In this document: positions 19,648 through 29,370 of the stretch, in pieces
Numbering within the stretch: the stretch's first letter is position 1
Layout of the letters: every line of letters starts with the position of its first letter
Assembly: GCA_046590235.1 (NCBI GenBank)
Contig: JBKJTY010000032.1
Coordinates: 6,834-70,833 of the forward strand
Source of the DNA: Candidatus Magasanikiibacteriota bacterium
Lineage (GTDB): Bacteria; Patescibacteriota; Patescibacteriia; Magasanikbacterales; GWA2-37-8
Length of the DNA stretch: 64,000 nt
Reading direction: 5' to 3'
Notes under the pieces: model-generated
What the model was told of the DNA's origin: nothing
The model's input: only the letters and a program-made list of their open reading frames with translations
Database searches by the model: none
Position numbers and translations under genes: made by a program

Positions 19648-21297
19648 ATGATCAATGACAAGCAAATCAAAGAGATGCTCGTCAAACAAAATTACGCGAC
19701 CGTCGAGGAAGTAGCTCAGGCGGAAAAAAAGGCAAAAGCATATCACACTACATTAGTAGAAATACTGATAAATGATGGGCTGATTACCAAAGAATTTCTT
19801 GCTCAAGCCACCGCTGAATTGTATCGCGTCAACTATCTTAACCTGGCCAATAATCCACCCGGATCAGACCAGGTTAAAAAAATCCCTGAAGAAATCGCTA
19901 AACGACTTCATATTGTTTTGTCTGCGGAAACCAAAGGTCATGTTACGCTCGCCACTGACAATCCCGAACAAAAAGATATCCTGATACAAGCTAAAAAACT
20001 TTTTCCCGGGCACAAAATCACCATTGTTTTTACTCCCACCGAACAAATTGAAGCGGCATTTACCCATTACCGCAAACCATTAGAAACACGCTTCAGCACG
20101 ATCATTGCGGCACAACGAAAGGTTGCCCCCGAAATCATCGAAGAAATTATTGCTGACGCGGTACTATTTCGAGCTTCCGATATCCACTTTGAACCCCAAG
20201 CTAAATTGGTTGAGGTTCGTTTTCGTGTTGATGGCGTCTTACGTGAAGCAGGGAATATTCCTAAAGAATACTACAGTAATGTTGTTAACCGCGTAAAAGT
20301 GCTCACTCATTTGCGAATTGATGAACACACCAATCCGCAGGATGGTGCGATGCATTACGAAAAAAATGATCATCGCATTGACCTGCGCGTTTCGATTGTA
20401 CCCGTGTTAGACGGCGAAAAAATTGTCATGCGTTTACTTGGTTCGTACCTTAAAACATTTAACCTGCATGATATTGGATTGTCGACCACCAACGAAGCCA
20501 TGCTTGTAGCAGCGGCAAACAAACCGTTTGGGATGATTCTCGTCGTTGGTCCGACTGGTTCAGGCAAGACGACCACGCTCTATGGCTTGCTTAAAGTTCT
20601 TAACAGTCCAGATCTTAATATCACTACCATCGAAGATCCTGTTGAATATAAGATGGTTGGTGTTAACCAGATCCAGGTTAACTCTGCCACCGATCTCACC
20701 TTTGCTCGCGGCTTGCGATCTATCGTCCGCCAAGATCCTGATATTATTCTTGTTGGTGAGATTCGCGACGAAGAAACTGCCGAGATTGCGGTCAATGCCG
20801 CGCTTACTGGCCATCTTTTATTTTCTACGTTTCATGCTAATGATGCCGCAACAGCTATCCCCCGCTTGCTGGACATGGGTGTTGAACCATTTTTATTGGC
20901 GTCGACTATGGAGCTTATTGTGGCCCAACGTTTGGTACGACGCATCTGTGAACAATGCCGTTACAGCGTCTCTCTGACACCCGCAGCGCTCGCTAAACGC
21001 TTTCCAACAGTTGGCCAATACTTCAAAAAAAGAACTATTACTATTTGTGAGAACAAAGGTTGCGATGCCTGCTTACACACCGGATATATCGGCCAGGTTG
21101 CCTTATTCGAAATGATTGAAATGACACCGGATTTAAAAACACTCATTCTCACCAACCCTTCAACTAAACAGATTTGGGATCTCGCCAAACAACATGGGTC
21201 AAAGTATCTTTTTGAAGATGGTATTGAAAAAGTTGAAAGCGGACTAACTTCACTCGATGAGTTACTACGCATCGCTATTCCACCAGCTCGCACCTAA
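19648..21297 (+). CDS. pilB: Type IV pilus assembly ATPase PilB/GspE family
   Basis: Walker A GPTGSGKTTT, Asp/His boxes, tetracysteine motif CEQC...CDAC. Confidence 0.9.
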   Translation: MINDKQIKEMLVKQNYATVEEVAQAEKKAKAYHTTLVEILINDGLITKEFLAQATAELYRVNYLNLANNPPGSDQVKKIPEEIAKRLHIVLSAETKGHVTLATDNPEQKDILIQAKKLFPGHKITIVFTPTEQIEAAFTHYRKPLETRFSTIIAAQRKVAPEIIEEIIADAVLFRASDIHFEPQAKLVEVRFRVDGVLREAGNIPKEYYSNVVNRVKVLTHLRIDEHTNPQDGAMHYEKNDHRIDLRVSIVPVLDGEKIVMRLLGSYLKTFNLHDIGLSTTNEAMLVAAANKPFGMILVVGPTGSGKTTTLYGLLKVLNSPDLNITTIEDPVEYKMVGVNQIQVNSATDLTFARGLRSIVRQDPDIILVGEIRDEETAEIAVNAALTGHLLFSTFHANDAATAIPRLLDMGVEPFLLASTMELIVAQRLVRRICEQCRYSVSLTPAALAKRFPTVGQYFKKRTITICENKGCDACLHTGYIGQVALFEMIEMTPDLKTLILTNPSTKQIWDLAKQHGSKYLFEDGIEKVESGLTSLDELLRIAIPPART

Positions 21298-21306
21298 ACG
21301 ATTCTT

Positions 21307-22410
21307 ATGACGGTCGCTACACACTTACCGGACAAAAAAAGAAAGCGCCCTCAGCTTGTTTTTGGTTTAGGAAAAGAAAAAGATTATATTATTGAAAATT
21401 TAAGCCTGCTTATCGGTGCTGGTTTAGACGTGCTAACTGCGCTGACCCTGCTCAAATCTGATATCCGCTCCAGCGCCATGCGCCATGCGCTTGATGGCAT
21501 CATTAACGATATTGATAACGGATTATCTCTCTCTGAGGCGCTCGAAGACAGCGGCTTATTTCCATTATACATGGTTACAGTCATCAGAATTGGTGAAGGA
21601 AGCGGTAGGCTAGAAGAAAATCTTAAAGTGGTTGCGCTTCAAGACGAACGGGACAGATCTTTCCGCTCTCAAGTCCGTTCAGCCATGATGTATCCACTTT
21701 TTGTTTTTTCATTCACACTTATTATCGGTATTGGCATTGCCTGGTTTATTCTTCCGCGTCTAGCCACCGTCTTTGGCGGCCTTCATCTTAAATTGCCTTG
21801 GATTACCCGAGCGCTAATGGGTTTGGGTCAATGGCTCGGAATACACGGAGCTACAGCAGTTCCCTTGCTACTCCTGGCTAGCATGACCATTTTTTATTTT
21901 GCTTTCTTTTTTTCTCCAACTAAATTTATTGGCCAATGGTTCCTATTCCGGGTCCCTGGAATTAAAAAATTACTTCAAGAGTTGGAACTCTCCCGTTTCG
22001 GATATCTGCTCGGTACATTATTAAATGCTGGCATCCCAATCACAACTGCTGTTAATTCTCTAGTCCAAGCATCTTCTTTCCATAGTTATCGTAAACTGTA
22101 TACTCATTTGCAAGTGCAGCTTGAAGAAGGTAATTCAGTACAAAAAAGTCTCGCATCGTATCCACACAGTACTCGTCTCATCCCTTCACCGGTGCAGGGT
22201 GTGATTGCTGCCGGCGAACAGTCGGGTACCATGGCCACAGCACTCCTCAGACTGGGCCAAAACTTTTCTGCGAAGACTGAAGCGACAGCTAAAAATTTAA
22301 CAACACTTCTCGAACCGCTACTCTTGATTATTGTCTGGCTCGGGGTAATGGGTGTCGCGTTGGCTGTCTTTCTGCCTATTTATAACCTGGTTGGAGGACT
22401 TGATCAGTAA
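21307..22410 (+). CDS. pilC: Type IV pilus platform protein PilC/GspF family
   Basis: 367 aa polytopic membrane protein with duplicated GspF-like domains directly after pilB. Confidence 0.85.
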   Translation: MTVATHLPDKKRKRPQLVFGLGKEKDYIIENLSLLIGAGLDVLTALTLLKSDIRSSAMRHALDGIINDIDNGLSLSEALEDSGLFPLYMVTVIRIGEGSGRLEENLKVVALQDERDRSFRSQVRSAMMYPLFVFSFTLIIGIGIAWFILPRLATVFGGLHLKLPWITRALMGLGQWLGIHGATAVPLLLLASMTIFYFAFFFSPTKFIGQWFLFRVPGIKKLLQELELSRFGYLLGTLLNAGIPITTAVNSLVQASSFHSYRKLYTHLQVQLEEGNSVQKSLASYPHSTRLIPSPVQGVIAAGEQSGTMATALLRLGQNFSAKTEATAKNLTTLLEPLLLIIVWLGVMGVALAVFLPIYNLVGGLDQ

Positions 22411-22497
22411 CATATCGTTATAGAAAGACCGCAGGCTAAACGTATCCAGAAAGCCGCTCCAACCCCAACCTCAACACCGACTACAACTACCAAAAAT

Positions 22498-22959
22498 ATG
22501 TTTAACCAAAAGAGTAACCTACTGTATCAAGCTGGTTTTACCTTAGTTGAGATAGTTTTAACACTAGCAATTATATCGACTGTAGCCTTGATTTCCATGC
22601 CTATTTATTGGCAACTCAAGCCCGCCAACGATCTCGATACGACACTATCACTGGTTGTTCACAATTTGCGCCGCGCGCAAACACTGGCTATGGGAGTTGA
22701 GCATGATAGCACTTGGAGTGCCACTCTTGAACCCGGCACTATGACGCTGTACGCTACAGATACTAATGGGAATCGATTAGTAAATTACGACGAAGTTTTT
22801 CCTTTACCTGCTGCCATTACTTTTACCGGACAAAGCACTTTCGTTTTTGCCAAGCTAACTGGTAAGCCGGTTACCGCTGGTACTATCGTTCTTACCAACC
22901 CGCACAATAATGTTAGTAAAACTATTACAATTAACCAAGTTGGGGTGGCTAGTTACTAG
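22498..22959 (+). CDS. Prepilin-type N-terminal cleavage/methylation domain protein (pilin/pseudopilin)
   Basis: leader MFNQKSNLLYQAG then FTLVEIVLTLAII class III signal. Confidence 0.8.
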   Translation: MFNQKSNLLYQAGFTLVEIVLTLAIISTVALISMPIYWQLKPANDLDTTLSLVVHNLRRAQTLAMGVEHDSTWSATLEPGTMTLYATDTNGNRLVNYDEVFPLPAAITFTGQSTFVFAKLTGKPVTAGTIVLTNPHNNVSKTITINQVGVASY

Positions 22960-23371
22960 CACTACCAAGCAGTCCGGTTTTAGCTTGGTGGAAGCGCTGC
23001 TTTCCATTGCTCTTTTTGCATTGTTAATTGGCACCTTAATCAGTGGGGCGTTGTATGGTCAGCAGTCTGTTATTCTAGCCGGTAATCGCGAACGTGCCAC
23101 CGCGCTCGCTGAAGAAGGTCTGGAAGCCGTACGTAACTTACGTGATACGAGCTACACCAACTTGACTCCCGGTACCTACGGACTAGCAAATGATAACCAA
23201 AGATGGATATTGCAACCTTCACCTGATCAAACGGGAATTTTTGCGCGAAGCATTACTATTACATCCGTTGCAGAGGGTACAGCAGAAGTTGTTGCAACCG
23301 TCACTTGGCAATGGGTTACTACCCACAGTAATTCAGTCGTGCTTACTACCTATTTAACCAATTGGAAATGA
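22910..23371 (+). CDS. Prepilin-type protein (start uncertain: ATG 22910 or TTG 22940)
   Basis: KQSG then FSLVEALLSIALFALLIG prepilin signal; 5' end overlaps previous gene by ~50 nt. Confidence 0.7.
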   Translation: MLVKLLQLTKLGWLVTSTTKQSGFSLVEALLSIALFALLIGTLISGALYGQQSVILAGNRERATALAEEGLEAVRNLRDTSYTNLTPGTYGLANDNQRWILQPSPDQTGIFARSITITSVAEGTAEVVATVTWQWVTTHSNSVVLTTYLTNWK

Positions 23372-23883
23372 AACTTTTTCCTACTAGACAATCGATAAGT
23401 GGTTTCACACTCACAGAGGTGATTCTTTACATTTCTTTAGCGGCATTTACTTTGTTAGCCACTTCTACGCTATTTTTTTATGTGATTCAAGCCAAGATTA
23501 AACAACAAGCTATCTCTGAAGTTGAAGAACAAGGCAATACACTGCTTAGGGTTATCACACAAACAATTCGAAACGCACAAAACTTTGACAACCTGAGTCC
23601 AGGCACTACTAGCGCTACCCAGCTTTCAGTTACTTCGCCTTCAGGTACTTCGACGGTTTTTACTTTAGTTAATGGAACGTTGAATAGTAGGGAAAATGGC
23701 GGTTCGGACGTCGCATTGACATCTCCTCGAGTAATAATGACTAATCTTTTGTTTGAAAATTTGGGACAACCGACCACTATTGGCGCTATTCGAATCCGTT
23801 TCACACTAAGCACGGTTAATCAATCTGCTATACAAGAATTTTCTTATCAACAAACGTTTTATGGATCTGCTACAACCCGCTAA
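23362..23883 (+). CDS. Prepilin-type protein (minor pilin-like)
   Basis: SISG then FTLTEVILYISLAAF N-terminal signal. Confidence 0.7.
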   Translation: MEMKLFPTRQSISGFTLTEVILYISLAAFTLLATSTLFFYVIQAKIKQQAISEVEEQGNTLLRVITQTIRNAQNFDNLSPGTTSATQLSVTSPSGTSTVFTLVNGTLNSRENGGSDVALTSPRVIMTNLLFENLGQPTTIGAIRIRFTLSTVNQSAIQEFSYQQTFYGSATTR

Positions 23884-24277
23884 TAGCACCACCGGTTTTG
23901 CCACGCTCACCAACGTGATTATTTTGGGTGCAGTTGGGGCAACTATTACAACCACACTCTTAATTCTTGGGACGGGTGCTACGCGCAATAGTGGCATCGT
24001 CGAGCAGTCTGGTAAAGCTCGATCGCTGGCAAACGCTTGCGCGGAAACTGCCCTACTTCATATCAGACAAGATGGTTTGTTATCAGGAACCGATACCATT
24101 ACCTTGGGACAAGGTACCTGTACATATGCAATAACAGCAGCATCCGAGATTGCAGGAGAAGTATCTGCTACCGGACTTGTCGGAACTTTGAAACGAAAAA
24201 TACATATCGATCTCACTACAAATACCAGCACTCAAGCTATCAGCATTGGTTCCTGGCAAGAGGTAGCTGATTTTTAA
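23861..24277 (+). CDS. Pilus-associated protein with hydrophobic N-terminus (pilin-like)
   Basis: TTG then FATLTNVIILGAVGATITTTLLIL; last gene of the pilB-pilC-pilin run. Confidence 0.55.
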   Translation: MDLLQPANSTTGFATLTNVIILGAVGATITTTLLILGTGATRNSGIVEQSGKARSLANACAETALLHIRQDGLLSGTDTITLGQGTCTYAITAASEIAGEVSATGLVGTLKRKIHIDLTTNTSTQAISIGSWQEVADF

Positions 24278-24299
24278 AAGCACCCGGTTGGGTGCTTTT
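24276..24299. terminator. Bidirectional terminator between convergent pilin genes
   Basis: aaaagcacccggttgggtgctttt. Confidence 0.7.
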
Positions 24300-24321
24300 A
24301 AGTAGAAGTGTTACATTTTGA

Positions 24322-24807
24322 TTATCTAGTAATACGTATGGTTGCATCCAATTCAGCGTACGGCGCAGAAACGGTTACTCGATTGTTGCTTGTCAAAAAT
24401 ATCGTGTAACAGGCACTGTTACTGTCACTGTCCAAACACAGCTGTGCTGGATCATTCGGTATGCTTGTTAAGTATTTTTCGTTAAGCGTTAAATATGGAC
24501 CTAAATTAATCAAATTAGTACAATTAGGCTGCAAACTCGTTCTGCAAATCTCTGTTTCATTACTGGTAATTGTTGCTGGCAACACACCGTCATTATCAAT
24601 GGCGTATTGGTAGACTGCGTTCGCAATCGTATTAACGTCAGCGCGGCGCTGAGCGTTTCTTGCGCTAGCCAACTGCTTACTTGGGTTAATCGCAAAAATA
24701 ACGATGCCTGCCAAAATTGCGATCATCGCAACTACGAGAAGGATTTCAAGCAGAGTAAATCCAGCTTGTGTTTGTTTATTTTTTTGGAAAAGTCTGGTGA
24801 ATTTCAT
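24322..24807 (-). CDS. Type IV pilin (PilA-like, probable major pilin)
   Basis: MKFTRLFQKNKQTQAG then FTLLEILLVVAMIAILAGIV class III signal; two Cys pairs in C-terminal region; start moved to ATG 24807. Confidence 0.8.
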   Translation of the reverse strand: MKFTRLFQKNKQTQAGFTLLEILLVVAMIAILAGIVIFAINPSKQLASARNAQRRADVNTIANAVYQYAIDNDGVLPATITSNETEICRTSLQPNCTNLINLGPYLTLNEKYLTSIPNDPAQLCLDSDSNSACYTIFLTSNNRVTVSAPYAELDATIRITR

Positions 24808-24878
24808 ATACGAATTATAATGAAAGCAGTATACCACTCTTCATTATTTCTTACAATCTACTATTCGCAGCTAGCCTA

Positions 24879-26894
24879 TTATAGCTCATTTATATCTTTC
24901 AGAAAACTACCCGGACGACGTTTAGGCATTGGCGCATCTTCATCTACATATTGAATATCAGCACGGGGATCATTAAGGACAGTTGGATTGCTAAGCAATG
25001 AATGGTCTTCAATTAACTGATAATCGATTTCATCGAGGAACATACTTGGACCTGAAAGAAAATCACCATAAGCACCGCCCGCCATTGGATAAGTGAAATA
25101 TAGTAATTCTTTTGCGCGAGTGATTGCCACGTAAAATAATCGGCGCTCTTCTTCAATACCATTGTCTTCTTTCATAGCCCGATCGCTCGGGAATGAACCA
25201 CTTGAAAGATTTAAAATGAAAACCGCTTTCCATTCTAAACCTTTGGCTTGGTGAATGGTAGAGAGAACGACTCTGGCCTTACTGTCTTCTACGCTTGTGC
25301 TACGATGTGACTCTTGCAGTGTAGCGTCGCCGAGGAACGCGTCGAGGCTGTCATATTTTTCAGCGAATAATGCCAACTGCTTAATATCATTCAAACGATC
25401 TCGGCTGTCGACAAATTCACTTTCCAAATACTGTCGGTAATTTGATTGAGCCAGAACATCGATCAATGCGGTCGGCGAACGTACTGGTTCGCGCATCATA
25501 GCATCAAAGATTTTTAAAAAGTTATTCCATCCAGTCTGAGCTTTATTACCGAGCACTGTCCCGGCACGATAAACATCTTCCAAATTTTTTATTTCTTTCA
25601 TTTGTTCTATAACTTTTTGTGCTGCTGCTGGACCTACACCTTCTTCATGCATAAGCACACGAAGCCAAGCCGCAGTGTCGGCAAGGTTAGTCATCAATCG
25701 TAAATAACAAAGAATATCTTTGACATGAGCACGCTCAAAAAAGCGAACACCACCACGGTAATCATACGCGATACCGCGACGGACAAGCTCGACTTCAAGC
25801 ATCTGTGAATGGTGCGACGCACGGAACAACACGGCAATTTCGTTGGCCGGCGTCCCCTTTTCAATCAAATCAGCAATTTTTGCAGCAACAAAATTACCTT
25901 CGGATTGCTGGTCGAGTTGCGGATAGAGATATGGTTTTTCACTGGTTTTGATTGCCTTTAATGTTTTTTGAAACTGTGAACGATTGTTAGAAATAACATT
26001 ATTCGCGACATCGAGAATCTCTTTGCCAGATCGGTAATTGGTTTCCAGTTTAAAAATCTTGGTCCCAGGAAACGCATTCGGGAACTGTAAAATATTTTGA
26101 ATATCAGCCGCGCGGAACGAATAAATACTTTGCGCATCATCCCCTACCACCAAAATATTTTTGTTAATGGAGGCGAATTGATTGATAATAGACGCTTGGA
26201 TTTTGTTAGTATCCTGATACTCATCCACGAGCACATAATAAAATTGGCTCGCGTATTTTTCATGCACTTGCGGCTGGCGTAATAGCACCAATAGATTAAC
26301 AAGCAGGTCATCGAAGTCCATGGCGTTGGCTTCTTTTTTCTTTACTACATAGCCAGCGGCGATTTGTTTAATATCTTCAGCAAACGGAAACCATTGGAAA
26401 AATTTATTTTCTAAAACTGAATCAATCGTTGTTTCAGCATTGCGGGCATAGCTGATAACACTCGACACCGCGCTAGCGGAAGGAAATTTTTTCGCACCTT
26501 TAGCTTCAGGCTTCACTTCTTTAATGCAAAGCTTCAAAAGCGATTCACTATCGTCACTGTCGAGTACGGTAAAATTATTACCGTATCCCAAAAGTGGTGC
26601 GTAGATGCGTAAAATACGAAATGCAATATGATGGAACGTGCCTGACCACGGCAAAGCTGTTTGCATACCAGTGATTTGTTGCACGCGATGACGCATTTCT
26701 CCAGCAGCTTTGTTGGTAAATGTAACCAATAAAATATTTTCTGGTTTAACACCCTGCTCTAATAGAAAGGCAACACGAAAAGTAATGGTTCTTGTCTTAC
26801 CACTCCCCGCTCCAGCCAAAACTAAGCATGGACCGTCACCACCTTGCACAGCAGCAAGCTGTTCTTCGTTAAGTTCTTTTACAAAATCGATCAT
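24879..26894 (-). CDS. uvrD: ATP-dependent DNA helicase UvrD/PcrA family
   Basis: LVLAGAGSGKTRTIT Walker A, 671 aa, UvrD motifs throughout. Confidence 0.9.
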   Translation of the reverse strand: MIDFVKELNEEQLAAVQGGDGPCLVLAGAGSGKTRTITFRVAFLLEQGVKPENILLVTFTNKAAGEMRHRVQQITGMQTALPWSGTFHHIAFRILRIYAPLLGYGNNFTVLDSDDSESLLKLCIKEVKPEAKGAKKFPSASAVSSVISYARNAETTIDSVLENKFFQWFPFAEDIKQIAAGYVVKKKEANAMDFDDLLVNLLVLLRQPQVHEKYASQFYYVLVDEYQDTNKIQASIINQFASINKNILVVGDDAQSIYSFRAADIQNILQFPNAFPGTKIFKLETNYRSGKEILDVANNVISNNRSQFQKTLKAIKTSEKPYLYPQLDQQSEGNFVAAKIADLIEKGTPANEIAVLFRASHHSQMLEVELVRRGIAYDYRGGVRFFERAHVKDILCYLRLMTNLADTAAWLRVLMHEEGVGPAAAQKVIEQMKEIKNLEDVYRAGTVLGNKAQTGWNNFLKIFDAMMREPVRSPTALIDVLAQSNYRQYLESEFVDSRDRLNDIKQLALFAEKYDSLDAFLGDATLQESHRSTSVEDSKARVVLSTIHQAKGLEWKAVFILNLSSGSFPSDRAMKEDNGIEEERRLFYVAITRAKELLYFTYPMAGGAYGDFLSGPSMFLDEIDYQLIEDHSLLSNPTVLNDPRADIQYVDEDAPMPKRRPGSFLKDINEL

Positions 26895-26984
26895 AAATAG
26901 AAAAAATCTGTTTCATTATAACAGTCATGCTGTGCGCGGTCAAAGGCACATCTATTGTCATACCAAGCATATGTGTCATTCCCG

Positions 26985-27028
26985 CGAAGGCCATGCCTAC
27001 CGGCAGGCAGGCGGGAATCCAGGACACC
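26985..27028. repeat. Palindromic repeat element (GTCATTCCCGCG...GCGGGAATCCAGG with internal insert)
   Basis: gtcattcccgcgaagg-ccatgcctaccggcaggcag-gcgggaatccaggacacc; second copy at 55845-55876; degenerate half-copy gtcattctgaggaatc at 27041-27056. Confidence 0.7.
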
Positions 27029-27123
27029 ATAATGTCATTCTGAGGAATCGAAGAATCTTCCTATTATTCAATGTTACTTCACTATCGTTCTTCTCTTTTC
27101 TTGCTATTGCAAAGTGCGCATGT

Positions 27124-27208
27124 CACTTTCTTTATAACTAAAGGAAGGTAACCAAAGAAAGTTTCAGGGGAAAGTAAAACTCGCCCCGGCTCAAACAATT
27201 ACTTTCCC
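27124..27208. repeat. Two consecutive long hairpins adjacent to the repeat element
   Basis: aactttcttt...aaagaaagtt (27124-27166) and ggaaagtaa...ttactttcc (27170-27208). Confidence 0.4.
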
Positions 27209-27285
27209 CCGAACCCCACCTACTCGGAAGGAATTTTATAGTTACGCTTGAAAAATCCCTCCTCATATGGTAGCATTGCGCCGAT

Positions 27286-28455
27286 ATGTCATTTTTTAAA
27301 CTCCTCAAAAAAGATTCAAAAACCCACGCCCGCCTTGGCCAGATCACTACTGACCACGGTGTCATTGAGACGCCAATATTTATGCCGGTGGGTACACAAG
27401 CAACCGTGAAGACGCTCGATAGCGCTGACATGCACCAGATGAACGCCCAGATTATTTTAGGTAACAATTATCATTTACATTTACGTCCGGGTGAAGACTT
27501 GATTGCCGCAGCTGGTGGCTTACATAAATTCATGAACTGGAACAAACCGATTTTGACTGACAGCGGTGGCTTCCAGGTGTTTAGTTTGGGTTTACAAAAA
27601 GAGCAGCGGATAAATGGTAAGAATACCAACACAACTAAACTTGTTAAAATTACCGAAGAAGGCGTCGCCTTCCAAAGTCATATTGATGGCTCACGACATA
27701 TTTTCACTCCGGAATCCGCCATTTTGTGCGAACATAAAATTGGCGCTGATATCATCATGGCATTTGATGAGTGCACACCAGACTCCGCAACTCCAGAATA
27801 CACTCGCGAAGCCATGGAACGCACACACCGTTGGGCTGTCCGCAGCTTGGACGCGCATAAAGAAAATACCAAGTACCATGGTTATAACCAATTTATTTTC
27901 GGCATTATTCAAGGCGCTAATTACAAAGAATTACGTGAAGAATCCGCCCGCTACATTAGTAGTTTAGATTTTGATGGCATTGCGATTGGTGGTGAATCCA
28001 TTGGCTATAATATGGAAGCGACCGCCAACATCCTTGATTGGGTACATCCAATTATTCCAGAAGATAAACCACGATACTCCATGGGTGTTGGTCTAAATCC
28101 AACTGATCTTATTATTGCTGTTGAGCATGGTGTCGATATGTTTGATTGTGTTGCCCCAACTCGCCTCGCTCGCCACGGCATGCTTTTCACTTTTGATAGA
28201 ACAAATAAACATCGTCTCAACATTAAGAATGCAAAATGCGCCACCGATTTTAGTCCGATTGATAGCGCTTGTGATTGTCACACCTGTAAAAATTATTCCC
28301 GCAGCTACCTTCACCACTTATTTGATGCTGACGAGATGACCGGTATGCGCCTGGCTTCAATTCACAATCTCCGCTTTATGCTTAAACTGATGGAAAATGT
28401 ACGAGCTGCAATAAAGGAAGATCGCTTCACTGAATTTAAGGAACAATGGATGTAA
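27286..28455 (+). CDS. tgt: Queuine tRNA-ribosyltransferase (tRNA-guanine transglycosylase)
   Basis: LTDSGGFQVFSL, zinc site CDCHTC, 389 aa. Confidence 0.9.
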   Translation: MSFFKLLKKDSKTHARLGQITTDHGVIETPIFMPVGTQATVKTLDSADMHQMNAQIILGNNYHLHLRPGEDLIAAAGGLHKFMNWNKPILTDSGGFQVFSLGLQKEQRINGKNTNTTKLVKITEEGVAFQSHIDGSRHIFTPESAILCEHKIGADIIMAFDECTPDSATPEYTREAMERTHRWAVRSLDAHKENTKYHGYNQFIFGIIQGANYKELREESARYISSLDFDGIAIGGESIGYNMEATANILDWVHPIIPEDKPRYSMGVGLNPTDLIIAVEHGVDMFDCVAPTRLARHGMLFTFDRTNKHRLNIKNAKCATDFSPIDSACDCHTCKNYSRSYLHHLFDADEMTGMRLASIHNLRFMLKLMENVRAAIKEDRFTEFKEQWM

Positions 28456-28485
28456 ATTGCGCTTTCCAGGTGGTGCATAAGTAGA

Positions 28486-28514
28486 TTGACCATTTGCCTG
28501 TTCTGGAGTAAACT
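28486..28514 (+). promoter_or_regulatory. sigma70-like promoter TTGACC-17-TAAACT for islet 3 gene 1
   Basis: ttgaccatttgcctgttctggagtaaact; GAGGAG SD before ATG 28561. Confidence 0.4.
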
Positions 28515-28560
28515 TCGGCCTAATTCCATTTTGTCACCCCTAGGGTGAAGAGGAGAACGC

Positions 28561-28845
28561 ATGCAGCCGTTCGCACTGATCATTACGAAACCCGAACTGA
28601 TGCTGGTCACTAACCACCTTCCCACAACCCCCAACATGATCAAACCGATCGAAAAACTGGAGGTCGACGCCGACTGGGATGAGGCGGCCAAGTCTTACCT
28701 CGTTACCCCCGAAGTTTTTCTCGAGGCGCTCACGAAGATCAGCAAGACCGTTTCTGATTACTGGAACGGCATCCTGGCAAATTCGGGTATTGTGATTCTC
28801 ACCGTCCCCGAAAATGCCGCCTACCTTCCGATCGCTTATGCTTAG
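28561..28845 (+). CDS. Hypothetical protein (islet 3, gene 1)
   Basis: 94 aa, GC-rich, SD GAGGAG, no recognised domain. Confidence 0.55.
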   Translation: MQPFALIITKPELMLVTNHLPTTPNMIKPIEKLEVDADWDEAAKSYLVTPEVFLEALTKISKTVSDYWNGILANSGIVILTVPENAAYLPIAYA

Positions 28846-28945
28846 ACAAAATGAAATGGGGAGCAGGTGTGAGGGTCATATTCGACCCCACACCGCTCCC
28901 ACTTCATAATTTAGCTAATCCTAGCTAATTTTTTTATTATCAGGC

Positions 28946-28974
28946 TTGACAAAAGCCTGTTTTTGTTATATGCT
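28946..28974 (+). promoter_or_regulatory. sigma70 promoter cTTGACAaaag-17-TATGCT for islet 3 gene 2
   Basis: cttgacaaaagcctgtttttgttatatgct. Confidence 0.5.
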
Positions 28975-29022
28975 CTTGGCGTCACAACTTACCCTTCTTC
29001 ACTAAGAAGAGATTGGACATCC

Positions 29023-29370
29023 ATGTCAGCTTTGAAAGAGTTAAGGAGTCTTCTAGTCGTAAGCCGTCCGGCAGCATACCTTTACAACCGAGCTCTTCTC
29101 CGGAAAACCCCCATGACACCCGAATTTCGTGAGGCTATGATTGGGTTAGTCTGCATGCCAATCGGAAAGGAACGGCTGGCATCAAAGCAACCCAAGAATT
29201 TCGACTCAACCACCCCAGAGGAATGCTCGGGATGGTATCACGTTGCCTATAGCGATGTGATGGATTACTTTGAAAGGACAAACACGGGGTTGTACGCTGC
29301 GTGGGTTGCAACTCCAGTCAGCCAGAACGACGTTTTTCTCGTGAGTCCTGATCAGTGTAAAGTCGGCTAA
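29023..29370 (+). CDS. Hypothetical protein (islet 3, gene 2)
   Basis: ORF-track start 28963 is a TTG inside the promoter; first ATG (MSALKELRSL) at 29023; GC-rich; hairpin 29385-29412 follows. Confidence 0.5.
   Translation: MSALKELRSLLVVSRPAAYLYNRALLRKTPMTPEFREAMIGLVCMPIGKERLASKQPKNFDSTTPEECSGWYHVAYSDVMDYFERTNTGLYAAWVATPVSQNDVFLVSPDQCKVG

Noticed and set aside
26985-27028. Identification of the palindromic repeat as Neisseria dRS3 (ATTCCC-N8-GGGAAT)
   Set aside because: The core matches the dRS3 pattern, but genome composition, gene content and the VIPAKAGIQ/LDSRFRGND translation point to a different and more widespread palindromic repeat family; not a Neisseria sequence
27100-27285. preQ1 riboswitch upstream of tgt
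   Set aside because: tgt suggested a queuosine-related riboswitch, but no preQ1-I/II consensus (AGAGGUUCUAG...) is present; the region is better explained by hairpins plus an ordinary promoter
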